From contig CAMTVR010000012.1 of NCBI GenBank assembly GCA_947085265.1, forward strand, positions 178,180 through 242,179: a DNA stretch of 64,000 nt. The letters run 5' to 3'. The translations under genes and the position numbers were made by a program. Every line of letters begins with the position of its first letter. The first letter of the stretch is position 1. Origin of the DNA: an uncultured Bacillus sp. (GTDB lineage: Bacteria > Bacillota > Bacilli > ZCTH02-B2). The notes beneath the pieces were generated by a model. The model saw nothing but the letters and a program-made list of their open reading frames with translations. It made no database searches and was not told where the DNA came from. This document shows, piece after piece, positions 39,617 through 48,290 of this stretch.

Positions 39617-40629
39617 AAATTGTCATTCCAATGGGCTACCTGCACCTGGGCGGCGGGTGCAAAGTGCTGGTTGAGACCGCAAATGCGCTGGCCGCGCGCG
39701 GGCACGAGGTGGAACTGTGCCCGTTGCGGGTGCTGACGCAGATGTACCCTGTTCGCTGCAAACTGACCCCCATTCCCGTGCTGTCGAGGGAGTACATCCC
39801 TTACGGGGACATTGTTTTGCCCAACTTTTACACCACGTTTCGCCCCGCTTATTCCGCCTGGCCCGCCCAGACCGTGCGGCTCAGTCTGGGGTTTGAACCG
39901 TACTGGGTGCCCGACCCGAAGGAGGCGCTGTGGACGTACCGGCAAGGCGTGCCGATCCTCTCCATCTCCCGCTGGCTGGATGAGCAGATCCGCAAGCATG
40001 CGGGGCAACGCAGCACAGTGGTCAATCCGGGTGTCGATCTGACCGTATTCCACCCCGGTCCGAAATTGAAGACGTTCCGAACAGATAAACCAAAAGTCAT
40101 CATGTACATCGCCCGCGATCCCGGCGCGGGGTATCAATTGAAAGGGTTTCACGATTTCGTCGCCAGTCTGCAAATATTGAAAAACTGGTACCCTGATTCC
40201 TTTGTCGTGAACCTCGTGTGCCCCGAAAAGAAACTCGGCGTGCCGGGCATTCCGCATCAGGTTTATTCGCCGGCAAGCGACGCGGAAATGGCGCAACTGT
40301 ATCGGGAGGCCGATATGTTTGTCTCGTCGTCCTGGTTTGAAGGGTACTCCCTTCCCCCGCTGGAAGCAATGGCCTGCGGAACACCGGTGGCGACCACCAA
40401 TTCCGGCGGCGTGCTGGACTACTGCACCCATCTGCAAAACGGCTACATCGTGCCGCCGCGCAACCCGGTATTGCTCGCCGAGGGGATGCACGCCGTGCTC
40501 ACCAATGGTACCCTGTACAACAAGCTGGTGATCGGGGGGCTGCAGACAGCGAAGCGGTTTTCCAAAGACCGTTTTGAACGAGAAATTGTCACTGCCCTGG
40601 AAGCCATTTTTGAGGCGCGAATGCGCTGA
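39613..40629 (+). CDS. family 4 glycosyltransferase (GT-B, Glycos_transf_1)
   Basis: EGYSLPPLEAMACGTPV (EX7E motif); ATG 39613 overlaps the previous stop as ATGA. Confidence 0.8.
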   Translation: MKIVIPMGYLHLGGGCKVLVETANALAARGHEVELCPLRVLTQMYPVRCKLTPIPVLSREYIPYGDIVLPNFYTTFRPAYSAWPAQTVRLSLGFEPYWVPDPKEALWTYRQGVPILSISRWLDEQIRKHAGQRSTVVNPGVDLTVFHPGPKLKTFRTDKPKVIMYIARDPGAGYQLKGFHDFVASLQILKNWYPDSFVVNLVCPEKKLGVPGIPHQVYSPASDAEMAQLYREADMFVSSSWFEGYSLPPLEAMACGTPVATTNSGGVLDYCTHLQNGYIVPPRNPVLLAEGMHAVLTNGTLYNKLVIGGLQTAKRFSKDRFEREIVTALEAIFEARMR

Positions 40630-40686
40630 TTCCACAGGATCGGGAAATCCTTGAGAACTGCGCTCATGGGAGGGAGGGATTTTTCT

Positions 40687-41388
40687 GTGCGCATTGCACC
40701 GAAGGTTTCGGTGGTCATCCCGTTTTACAACTGCGCGTACGTGAATCAAGCCATTGAAAGCGCCCTGAACCAGAGTTACCCCCACATTGAGGTGATTGTC
40801 GTCAACGACGGTTCGACTCGGCACGTCGAGAAAATTACGCCGTACGTTCACCGGATAAGGTACATCGAAAAGGCCAACGGAGGCACGGCCAGCGCCCTGA
40901 ACGCAGGAATCCGCAACGCTTCCGGAACGTATTTCGCCTGGCTGAGTTCGGACGATTTTTACGACAGGCACAAAATTGCCAGCCAGATAGCGTTCATGCA
41001 ATCCGCCAGTGCCTTCGCCAGCCACACCGCTTTCTACTTCATAGACGCACACAATCGTATACGCCGCCCCACTCCCTACACCGTTTTTGGAAACCGGATC
41101 GATTTTTTTGAACAAATGAAACATGGTTGCCTGATCAACGGTTCCACCGTCATGCTCAGCATGGACGTGTTCGACCACGCAGGACTGTTCGACGAATCGC
41201 TCCGCTATGCGCATGATTACGAATTCTGGCTGCGCGTTCTGATGAGATACGACTTCCTTTACATGCCGCAACCTCTACTCTACTACCGCGTCCACAGTGA
41301 GATGGGATCAGGCAAATTCGCGCCGCAGCTGGCTAGAGAAACGCTGCTCGTCCGGCAAAAATACCAAAACATGGTTATTCATCCGTAA
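40687..41388 (+). CDS. family 2 glycosyltransferase
   Basis: VSVVIPFYNCAYVNQAIESALNQSYPHIEVIVVNDGS...LSSDD; GTG 40687 after GGGAGGGAGGG RBS (the ORF track start at 40651 is also possible). Confidence 0.75.
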   Translation: MRIAPKVSVVIPFYNCAYVNQAIESALNQSYPHIEVIVVNDGSTRHVEKITPYVHRIRYIEKANGGTASALNAGIRNASGTYFAWLSSDDFYDRHKIASQIAFMQSASAFASHTAFYFIDAHNRIRRPTPYTVFGNRIDFFEQMKHGCLINGSTVMLSMDVFDHAGLFDESLRYAHDYEFWLRVLMRYDFLYMPQPLLYYRVHSEMGSGKFAPQLARETLLVRQKYQNMVIHP

Positions 41389-41411
41389 GGCGCCTACAGG
41401 CGTCACTATCA

Positions 41412-41759
41412 TTACTCCAAGTATAGCTTTGTCTCCACGACGGCCGCCGCGCCGGCCGCGGCCAGCACGACCAGGATGGGAAAAGCGGCCGGCACCAAGA
41501 AGTACAAGGCAACGATCGCTGTGGAAGACCAGATGCCGACACACCAGTGACAGCTGAGGAGTATCCCTAGCCAGCGGCGAAAGCCTGAACCCTTCAGGTG
41601 GATGTGCCGTACCACCTGGCCGGAAGGGTCGGCTTCATAGGAAACGCTGAAAAACGGTTCACGCAAAAACGACATGATGTCGTCATAAACAATCAAATGT
41701 GTCAAACGAAAGCTGGCCAATACGATAATCACGAGATGGAGCCACGTCATCTCAAACAT
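41412..41759 (-). CDS. DUF1360-family small membrane protein
   Basis: about 115 aa, two to three TM helices, HLIVYDDI motif typical of Bacillus DUF1360 proteins; ATG 41759 with GAGGAAG RBS. Confidence 0.5.
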   Translation of the reverse strand: MFEMTWLHLVIIVLASFRLTHLIVYDDIMSFLREPFFSVSYEADPSGQVVRHIHLKGSGFRRWLGILLSCHWCVGIWSSTAIVALYFLVPAAFPILVVLAAAGAAAVVETKLYLE

Positions 41760-41862
41760 CAGTTCCACTTCCTCGTTAAGATTTGTTCCTGATTCACGCG
41801 CGATGCAAAAGCCGGACATGCCTGAAAAATTCACAGGCCTGTGCGCGCCGTTTTTTGTTTCG

Positions 41863-43140
41863 TCAGCACGACACCGCGATCCGATTGTTGGAGGAAAATT
41901 GCACCTGCTGTTCGCGGAAAAAGATGAATCCTTCGATCGTCACGCTGTTGCCGGATTCCGGTGTCATCACGGTCATCTGGAAGTTTTGGAAAGGATGGAC
42001 TTCCTTTGGCGCGATACGCACCGGCTGAACCGGAGCGATCCAGTACTCCCCCCGCTCCTTTGCCTTCTCAAACCAGTCTTCCTCCAGAAATCTCCAGCCC
42101 CTTACACCCATAGGACTTTGCACGCCGAGCGTCTCCACCATGTTGGCCGGCAAAATCTGCCCGCCCAGTTTGACGCTGCCAGGGGGATCGGCGCGCAAGC
42201 AAACGACCGGGTTGATCAATGCTTCCGTTCCTGTATTTTTGACATATAGGTTTCCGAAGATCAAAAACGGCTTACCCTCGATGTCGGAGCGGAGCACGGT
42301 GTAATCAAAAAACACCTCGGCAGCCAACTCTCCCTGTTCCGGCAGCCGGCTTGCTGCTTCGTCGATCGGCTCGCCGACCGGCTTCTCCCAGGCACTGGGC
42401 AACCTCCGTGTTTCCCTCTCCCCCTTCTCGAGCATCGGGGGTGTTGCCGCCAACATCCGCAAAACAGCGGGAGTCAGACAGGAGAGTGGCGAGATTTGCT
42501 GTTCTGTCAGCAAGTAGCGAAGGATGCCGGACGCGAAAAAGAAGGCTATCCGCTCTGCCCACTCCTTCCAGGCCGTTTGCGCCATGCTGGTCGGAAGCTG
42601 GCAGCAAACCTCGACAAATGCGTGGAACGGCTGGCACCCGCGCCGCCATTCGGTTGCGCACGGTATCCCCGCGCTCTTCCATTCTGTCTCCAGACAGTGC
42701 ACCAATGCTTGGTTGCACCGGCTTTCATGCTGAATGATAGTCATTCGGGGCGGAAGCCCGATGTCTGCCTTTTCGATGGTAAATTGTACGCATACATCCT
42801 TCTGTTCCGGCCAGTCCAACCGGTTCGGCGACAGAGCGACGCTCACCCCAGCGGCGGTGAGAAATCGTTCCGTCAGTGCCAAAATGTCCCGTTCATGTGG
42901 ATGGAAATCGGTTGCGGCGGGAACCTGTCGGTGCCTATCCTCCAGCACACACATTTTCCCTTTGAGCCCCGGCGCGAGAACAATCCTGTTTTCTTTTGGC
43001 TCCCACTGAAAGTGAAACCCGCTTTCTTGACAAAACAGACGAAAGGCAGGCAGTGATGTGAAAGGGATCGTCCCACACGTTTGACCAGCGTAAAAAACCG
43101 CAACATCATCCATCCCAAATCCCCCTTCTTTATCGGTCAT
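41863..43140 (-). CDS. hypothetical protein (425 aa, Cys-containing central region, no recognisable domain)
   Basis: long ORF with GAGGGAGGGG RBS 7 nt before the ATG at 43140; co-directional with the DUF1360 gene. Confidence 0.55.
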   Translation of the reverse strand: MTDKEGGFGMDDVAVFYAGQTCGTIPFTSLPAFRLFCQESGFHFQWEPKENRIVLAPGLKGKMCVLEDRHRQVPAATDFHPHERDILALTERFLTAAGVSVALSPNRLDWPEQKDVCVQFTIEKADIGLPPRMTIIQHESRCNQALVHCLETEWKSAGIPCATEWRRGCQPFHAFVEVCCQLPTSMAQTAWKEWAERIAFFFASGILRYLLTEQQISPLSCLTPAVLRMLAATPPMLEKGERETRRLPSAWEKPVGEPIDEAASRLPEQGELAAEVFFDYTVLRSDIEGKPFLIFGNLYVKNTGTEALINPVVCLRADPPGSVKLGGQILPANMVETLGVQSPMGVRGWRFLEEDWFEKAKERGEYWIAPVQPVRIAPKEVHPFQNFQMTVMTPESGNSVTIEGFIFFREQQVQFSSNNRIAVSC

Positions 43141-43250
43141 TCCGCATCCCCTCCCTCTTCCCCTCTTGCTTCATAGGCTGCTACGTGTTCATTGTATGTA
43201 CGCCCATCAGAAAGAGTGCCGGTCGGTGCGAATGCCCGCGGCAAACGGGT

Positions 43251-43277
43251 ACCTGCGCTCGGTTTTGGCATAGGATG
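43251..43277 (+). promoter_or_regulatory. possible mother-cell sigma-K-like promoter (AC-16nt-CATAGGATG) upstream of the ppGalNAc-T-like gene
   Basis: matches AC-N16/17-CATANNNTA except for the final base; by sequence only. Confidence 0.25.
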
Positions 43278-43299
43278 TCAGGAAGGAAGGAGTGAGCCA

Positions 43300-44181
43300 A
43301 TGTCTGACGGACACATGCCTTTTGTTTCCTTAATCATTCCGGCCAAAAACGAAGGGAATAACGTGCGTGCGACCGTTGAATCGGCATTACGCGTAAAAAC
43401 CCACCACCCTTTTGAGATCATCATCGTGGATGATGGTTCTACAGACGGATGCTGCGCGTTTTTGGCATCCGGAGAAAACGAACAGATCAAATTAATCACG
43501 ACTCAGGGAATTGGGGCTGCCCCTGCCAGAAACCTGGGTGCTGAGCATTCACTGGGAGAATACCTCATCTTTTGCGACGCCCACTTGTTCTTCCAGGACT
43601 ATTGGATGGATCAGTTGCTGGGACTGATCCGGACGGGACAAGCGAACGCCGTGTCCCCCGGCATCGCTTCGACAAACCGGCCGAATCTCGTCGGGTACGG
43701 CCAGACACTGAACCGCATGTTGGGCGTACAGTGGAACCGGCAAATATCCGTTCCCGCACCTACGGCGATTCTGCCGGGCGGATGTTTGGCCATGACGAGA
43801 GACGTCTTCTTCGATGTGGGCGGATTTGATCGGGGATTTCAGGTTTGGGGGTTTGAAGATGTGGAGATCTCGCTCAAGCTGTGGCTATTTGGCTACCAGT
43901 GCTACGTGCAGCCGGCAGTCAAGGTGTTCCATCTGTTTCGCGAATCTCACCCGTACCGCGTGACATTCGACCACGTATACTACAACATGCTTCGGATGGC
44001 CTACAGCCATTTTAACGAATCTCGGATCGCCTCTTGCCGCAGCTTGATTCACCACGCAGATCCAGCCCGGATCGAGGAAGCTGTATTGGCTGGTGGCGTG
44101 CTGGAACAGCGGAAACGCTACTTCGCGCGCCGGAAGTACGACGACGAATGGTTCATGCGCCGGTTCGGAATCCCGTTCTGA
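43300..44181 (+). CDS. GT-A glycosyltransferase resembling the catalytic domain of polypeptide N-acetylgalactosaminyltransferases (GT27-like / GT2; no lectin domain)
   Basis: block-wise match to the ppGalNAc-T catalytic domain: EIIIVDDGS, FCDAH (DxH), Gal/GalNAc-T motif WGFEDVEISLKLWLFGYQ (compare WGGENLEISFRVWQCGG), and HLFR (compare HVFR). Confidence 0.7.
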   Translation: MSDGHMPFVSLIIPAKNEGNNVRATVESALRVKTHHPFEIIIVDDGSTDGCCAFLASGENEQIKLITTQGIGAAPARNLGAEHSLGEYLIFCDAHLFFQDYWMDQLLGLIRTGQANAVSPGIASTNRPNLVGYGQTLNRMLGVQWNRQISVPAPTAILPGGCLAMTRDVFFDVGGFDRGFQVWGFEDVEISLKLWLFGYQCYVQPAVKVFHLFRESHPYRVTFDHVYYNMLRMAYSHFNESRIASCRSLIHHADPARIEEAVLAGGVLEQRKRYFARRKYDDEWFMRRFGIPF

Positions 44182-44311
44182 GAACACTGCGGATGGGAAA
44201 ATATACCTGGAATATTCACCTAAAAAATAGGCGTTTGTTTACAAGCAAAATGCCCTCCTCAACATAGTATGTATTGCGTAAAACACCACCTAGGAAAGGG
44301 AGGGTTCATAA

Positions 44312-45571
44312 TTGGTAAGGCAAATCAGACCCATCAAGGGTTTTCAAGTTCCGACGCCGACGCCGACCGCACCCGCGCCGATTCCGAACAATCTGCAAGA
44401 AGAATGCATCCGCGTTCAAAAGGTGTACGACTGGGTCGTGACCGCGAACCGGGATCAAAACAAAGTTCAAATTCCTAGCGACTGTCTGGCTCTTGTCAAC
44501 GAAGCCATCCAGGCCGGGCAAAATATCACTGTTCAATGTGTGGAGCCGGTCATCCCTTCACCATTCCCGATCATTCCGAAACCGCAGCCGACGCAGGGAC
44601 TCGACTTCTCCTGCCGGATCATCAGCATTCGCCGGGAAAACATCGTTATCGGGGGCAACGTCGTCCGGGTCGGCATTGTCCGCTTTCTCTTCAGTGCTAC
44701 GCTGCTGATCCGTGTTTTTGCCGACGGCACGCTGTTATGCGAATTTCCAGCCACTGTCCAGTTCGACGATGAAATCGTGCTCTGCCTGCCAGAACCGCTC
44801 GACGAAGACAACATCCTCTGCCGGATTACCGCGGTTGAGTGCACGCCGCTGGAGCCCATCCTTGGCGGCCAAATTCTGATTGACGTGGTCATTTGCAAAG
44901 AAATCCAGGTGGAAGCGGAAGTGAAGCTGGAGGTATTGGCAAAATTTTGCCAGCCTCGCCCAGCCGACATACCCGTACCGACACCCACGCCGCCAGCATT
45001 CCACTGCCCACCAGTCATCTTCCCGGCACAATGCCCAGAGATCTTCCCGCGTCAAAACTGCGACTGCCAGGCAACTGCCAACGTCATTCTCACCAATTCG
45101 ACCGTGCTGTTTGACGGCGTAGCGGAAGTCGGCACGGAACAATTAATAGCCGAGATCTGCCCGAACTGCAATCCGGGAGACAGTACCTTCTCTTATACCT
45201 TTGTCGACACGATCTCACCCACACCGACACCCACGCCTACCGACGAAGTCCCTGGCGATTTCAGCTTCGTCTTCACACCGGTACAAATCAGTACACCTGT
45301 TTGCTCAGCGATCCCTGGCGGCGGCCTGCAGGCCGTGGTCACCGGTACAGGAACCCGCACATTCACCGCAACCGGCACACAGGATACCCTTGCCTACGAG
45401 CTAACGCTGCGTGAACTGCCCGGCCTCACGGACGAATACCGCCTCATCCTGCGCAACGCGCTGGGTGCCATCGTCTTCGACACCGGGTTCAAGACAGTTC
45501 CGGACGCCAACCTCATCGTCCAAGACTGCATCACCTTCCCGGATGTCATTCCGGCGCCATCTGTGCCCTAA
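44312..45571 (+). CDS. cysteine-rich three-module protein with Thr-Pro linkers (TPTPT), no signal peptide; candidate glycoprotein substrate / spore-surface structural protein
   Basis: TTG start 7 nt after GGAAAGGGAGGG RBS; three TP-rich linkers (VPTPTPTAPAPIP, IPVPTPTPP, ISPTPTPTPTDE) separate Cys-rich modules; own terminator downstream. Confidence 0.65.
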   Translation: MVRQIRPIKGFQVPTPTPTAPAPIPNNLQEECIRVQKVYDWVVTANRDQNKVQIPSDCLALVNEAIQAGQNITVQCVEPVIPSPFPIIPKPQPTQGLDFSCRIISIRRENIVIGGNVVRVGIVRFLFSATLLIRVFADGTLLCEFPATVQFDDEIVLCLPEPLDEDNILCRITAVECTPLEPILGGQILIDVVICKEIQVEAEVKLEVLAKFCQPRPADIPVPTPTPPAFHCPPVIFPAQCPEIFPRQNCDCQATANVILTNSTVLFDGVAEVGTEQLIAEICPNCNPGDSTFSYTFVDTISPTPTPTPTDEVPGDFSFVFTPVQISTPVCSAIPGGGLQAVVTGTGTRTFTATGTQDTLAYELTLRELPGLTDEYRLILRNALGAIVFDTGFKTVPDANLIVQDCITFPDVIPAPSVP

Positions 45572-45594
45572 TCCAAATCACGCGCACAAACATG

Positions 45595-45630
45595 CGGGAG
45601 AACAACAGATTCTCCCGTATTTTCATTTCT
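45595..45630 (+). terminator. rho-independent terminator after the Cys-rich protein gene
   Basis: CGGGAGA-loop-TCTCCCG stem followed by TATTTTCATTTCT. Confidence 0.7.
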
Positions 45631-45741
45631 GTGTACCAAGAAACAAGAAAAGAGAAGGTTTACCCGTTGTCTTTATGCACATTTTCCTCCCTGTTACATA
45701 TGTCTATAGGGAAAAGCACACGGAATGGAGGAAAATATGCG

Positions 45742-47499
45742 ATGTCACTAAAAAAGAAACCCTCCGGAAAATTGAACCTGATTAAAGAACAGATGACCAT
45801 GCTAAAACGGCAAAGGGCTTACTATCAAACAAAAGCGACGCAATACAGCGAGGAACTCAATGATCTGAAAGAAAGATTGAGAGAAAGTATCCAACGCGAT
45901 CATGAAACCAGCAAACACATGGAGCAGTTAAACGCCGCGCTCATGCGATACCAAGACAAAGAAAAAGAATGGAACGGTGTTGTTGAACAACTATACAACA
46001 AAATCAACGACTTTGAAAAAAGGGAGGCCGATTACCTGTACTTGCTTGAACAAAAAGAAAAATCCATTGCCCATTATCAAAAGAAGCTGGGCACATGGGA
46101 AAAAAGGTTTGAAGAATTAAATGAAAAACTCAAAAAGTTTTCAGAATCGCCACATACGCCAGATTACCAACAGTTGCTGGCGCAAAAAGACGAATCGCTC
46201 GCCCATTATCAGGCGCTTGAAGCAGAATGGAACCAAGCATTGGAAAAACTGAACCAGAAGATTGAGAAGCAAAGGCAAAAGGAGGAAGAATACCGCCAAC
46301 AACTTGCCCAGCTCCACCAACAACTTGCCAATTACGAGGAAAAAGAAGCGGAAAACAGCCGACTCTTGGAACAAACGGAGTTGGCGTACCGAAAACTTCT
46401 TGACCAAAAAGACGAAGAACTACGTCAGCTGACCGAACAAAAAAAAGACCTGATCCGGCACCTTGAAGCTCAACTATCTGAATCGCGGCAACAGCTTGCC
46501 CAGCTCAACCAGCGCCTCGCGGCCTGCCAGGAAAAAGAAACCGAATATAGCCACCTTTTGGGGCAAACAGAGGCGAGATACAGAAAGCTGATTGAGCAAA
46601 AGGAAGCAGAATTTCTCCAGCAATTGCAGCAAAAAAACGAACAGCATCGGCAATTGATTGATCAAAAGGACCATCTGATTCAACGCTTGGAAGCCCTTCA
46701 AGCCGAATCGGAACAGCGCCTCGCCGACCTCCACCAACAACTTGCCAATTACCAGGAAAAAGAATCTGAAACGCTTAAATGGCTAGGTGAAACGGGTGAA
46801 AAACACAGGCAGCTGCTCACAAAAAAAGAGACGGAATTTAGGAAACTGATCGAACAGAAGGACAAGGAATACCGTCAGATCCTGGAACAAAAGGAAACAG
46901 AATACCTCCAGTTCCTGGAGGAAAAAGGGAAGGAATATCGGCAACTTTTGGAGCAAAGGGACGAGGAATATCGCAAGCTGCTGAAAGAAAAGGACAGGAT
47001 GATTGCCCGTTTTGAAGCGCGAGAAGAAGAACTTGAGCAACTTCTGCGGCAAAAAGAGCAGACGATTGCCCGCTATCAAGCCATGGCACTGGAATGGAAA
47101 CAGAATCTGCGTTCTCCCATTCACGAGGAAGAACACTTGGAACAGCTGAAAGAGAACCAAGAGAGCTTATCCGAATACCGGAAACTGCTGCAACAAAAAG
47201 ACGAAGTGATTGCACAGTACGAAGAAAAGGAGCTGGAATGGAAACAGGCGATGGAACAACTGCAACAGCGAATCAGGGAACTGGAAGAGAAAGAGGAGAA
47301 ATACAAGAAGGCGATCAGTGATTATCAGGAAAAGGAGGCAAAATACAAAAAAGCTTTGGAGCAAAACAGCTTTGTGGAACCAAAGGAAGTTACCGTTTCC
47401 ACACTGCTCAACGGCGCTGTCTATGGCAGCCATGCAACGTTTCTCAAGCCGCATCACACCTCTCAGTCCGCACCGTTTAATCCGTTTAAAAACATGTAG
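45742..47499 (+). CDS. long coiled-coil repeat protein (Q/E/K-rich; roughly 11-aa repeats of type K-E/D-x-E-Y-R-x-L-L-E-Q)
   Basis: ATG 45742 10 nt after GGAGGAAAA; about 586 aa with heptad-like periodicity; repetitive at both DNA and protein level. Confidence 0.65.
   Translation: MSLKKKPSGKLNLIKEQMTMLKRQRAYYQTKATQYSEELNDLKERLRESIQRDHETSKHMEQLNAALMRYQDKEKEWNGVVEQLYNKINDFEKREADYLYLLEQKEKSIAHYQKKLGTWEKRFEELNEKLKKFSESPHTPDYQQLLAQKDESLAHYQALEAEWNQALEKLNQKIEKQRQKEEEYRQQLAQLHQQLANYEEKEAENSRLLEQTELAYRKLLDQKDEELRQLTEQKKDLIRHLEAQLSESRQQLAQLNQRLAACQEKETEYSHLLGQTEARYRKLIEQKEAEFLQQLQQKNEQHRQLIDQKDHLIQRLEALQAESEQRLADLHQQLANYQEKESETLKWLGETGEKHRQLLTKKETEFRKLIEQKDKEYRQILEQKETEYLQFLEEKGKEYRQLLEQRDEEYRKLLKEKDRMIARFEAREEELEQLLRQKEQTIARYQAMALEWKQNLRSPIHEEEHLEQLKENQESLSEYRKLLQQKDEVIAQYEEKELEWKQAMEQLQQRIRELEEKEEKYKKAISDYQEKEAKYKKALEQNSFVEPKEVTVSTLLNGAVYGSHATFLKPHHTSQSAPFNPFKNM
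46100..47330 (+). repeat. internal tandem repeat region of the coiled-coil gene
   Basis: recurring DNA units (for example caacaacttgccaattac[cg]aggaaaaagaa at about 46321 and about 46738; repeated gaacaaaagga... units); produces the many spurious antisense ORFs listed in the ORF track. Confidence 0.7.
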
Positions 47500-47779
47500 A
47501 AGATGATGGATTGCAACTGCACCGTGACGAGAATCTCTCCTTCCTTCTTTTATCATTGGTACAAACGCCGTTACCTCCTGAGCGGGGTTCGAATAAACAT
47601 ATTATGACATTGCCAGAAAGGAAGGGATCAAATGACCCACGATCAGCTTCGCGCGTTATACAGGCAACGGCAAATGAGACCCGTCCGATCGGAATATTAC
47701 CCGAAAGGAATGTCGACCAGCCTGAATTCAGGGAAACAAACCGGGAGTTCTGTCCGTATGGTCAAACCACTCTCCCAAA

Positions 47780-48226
47780 ATGCTGCCGGCTGCTGCGGAC
47801 GACGCTCTTTACATTAACGCAACGGGAGGCGTTTTTCCGGTAGCCCAACGTGTCTGGGATGAAATGGTGAGGCATTGCCTGGAACAACTGCCAAATGAGG
47901 CATGTGGGCTCCTTTCAGGAAAGCGCGGTAGAGCAGAAACGATCTGGAAGATGGATAACATGGAGCACAGTCCTGTTTCATTTTCAATGGACGAGGGACA
48001 AATCCGAAGCGTATTTCATGGATTGGACAAAATGGGTGAAGAGCTGGTTGGGATTTATCACTCCCATCCGACTGCGCCCGCCTATCCTTCCCCGCATGAC
48101 ATGGAACACGCAACTTACCCGGAGGCGGCGTACTTGATCGTTTCCCTTGCCAACCTTCAACCATGGGTCGGGTGCTTCCGCATCCGCGGGAAGCAAGCTA
48201 TCCCTTTGCCCATTTTCATTTTTTGA
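47780..48226 (+). CDS. Mov34/MPN/PAD-1 (JAMM) family metalloprotease-like protein
   Basis: EACGLL...YHSHP....SPHD JAMM motif (E-x(n)-HxH-x(7)-S-xxD); start uncertain (ATG 47780 or 47864). Confidence 0.7.
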   Translation: MLPAAADDALYINATGGVFPVAQRVWDEMVRHCLEQLPNEACGLLSGKRGRAETIWKMDNMEHSPVSFSMDEGQIRSVFHGLDKMGEELVGIYHSHPTAPAYPSPHDMEHATYPEAAYLIVSLANLQPWVGCFRIRGKQAIPLPIFIF

Positions 48227-48244
48227 AGGAATCACAAAGAAAGG

Positions 48245-48290
48245 TGGCCCCTGCTTTTCACAGTTTTGACGCAAAAGGGGCCAACTTTTT
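48245..48290. terminator. bidirectional terminator between the JAMM gene (+) and the MFS gene (-)
   Basis: GGCCCCT...AGGGGCC stem followed by TTTTTCTC on the plus strand; overlaps the MFS stop codon. Confidence 0.5.

Noticed and set aside
41389-41411. Possible bidirectional terminator (GGCGCC..GGCGTC) in the 24-nt gap between convergent GT2 and DUF1360 genes
   Set aside because: The stem is only 4-5 bp and has no T-run, so it is too weak to call.
46141-47556. Several 88-129 aa ORFs antisense to or out of frame with the coiled-coil gene (46141..46407-, 46474..46740-, 46783..47160-, 47167..47556-, 47210..47506+)
   Set aside because: Low-complexity Q/E/K/L-rich repeats read open in many frames. 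These products are simple mirrors of the repeat and none has an RBS.
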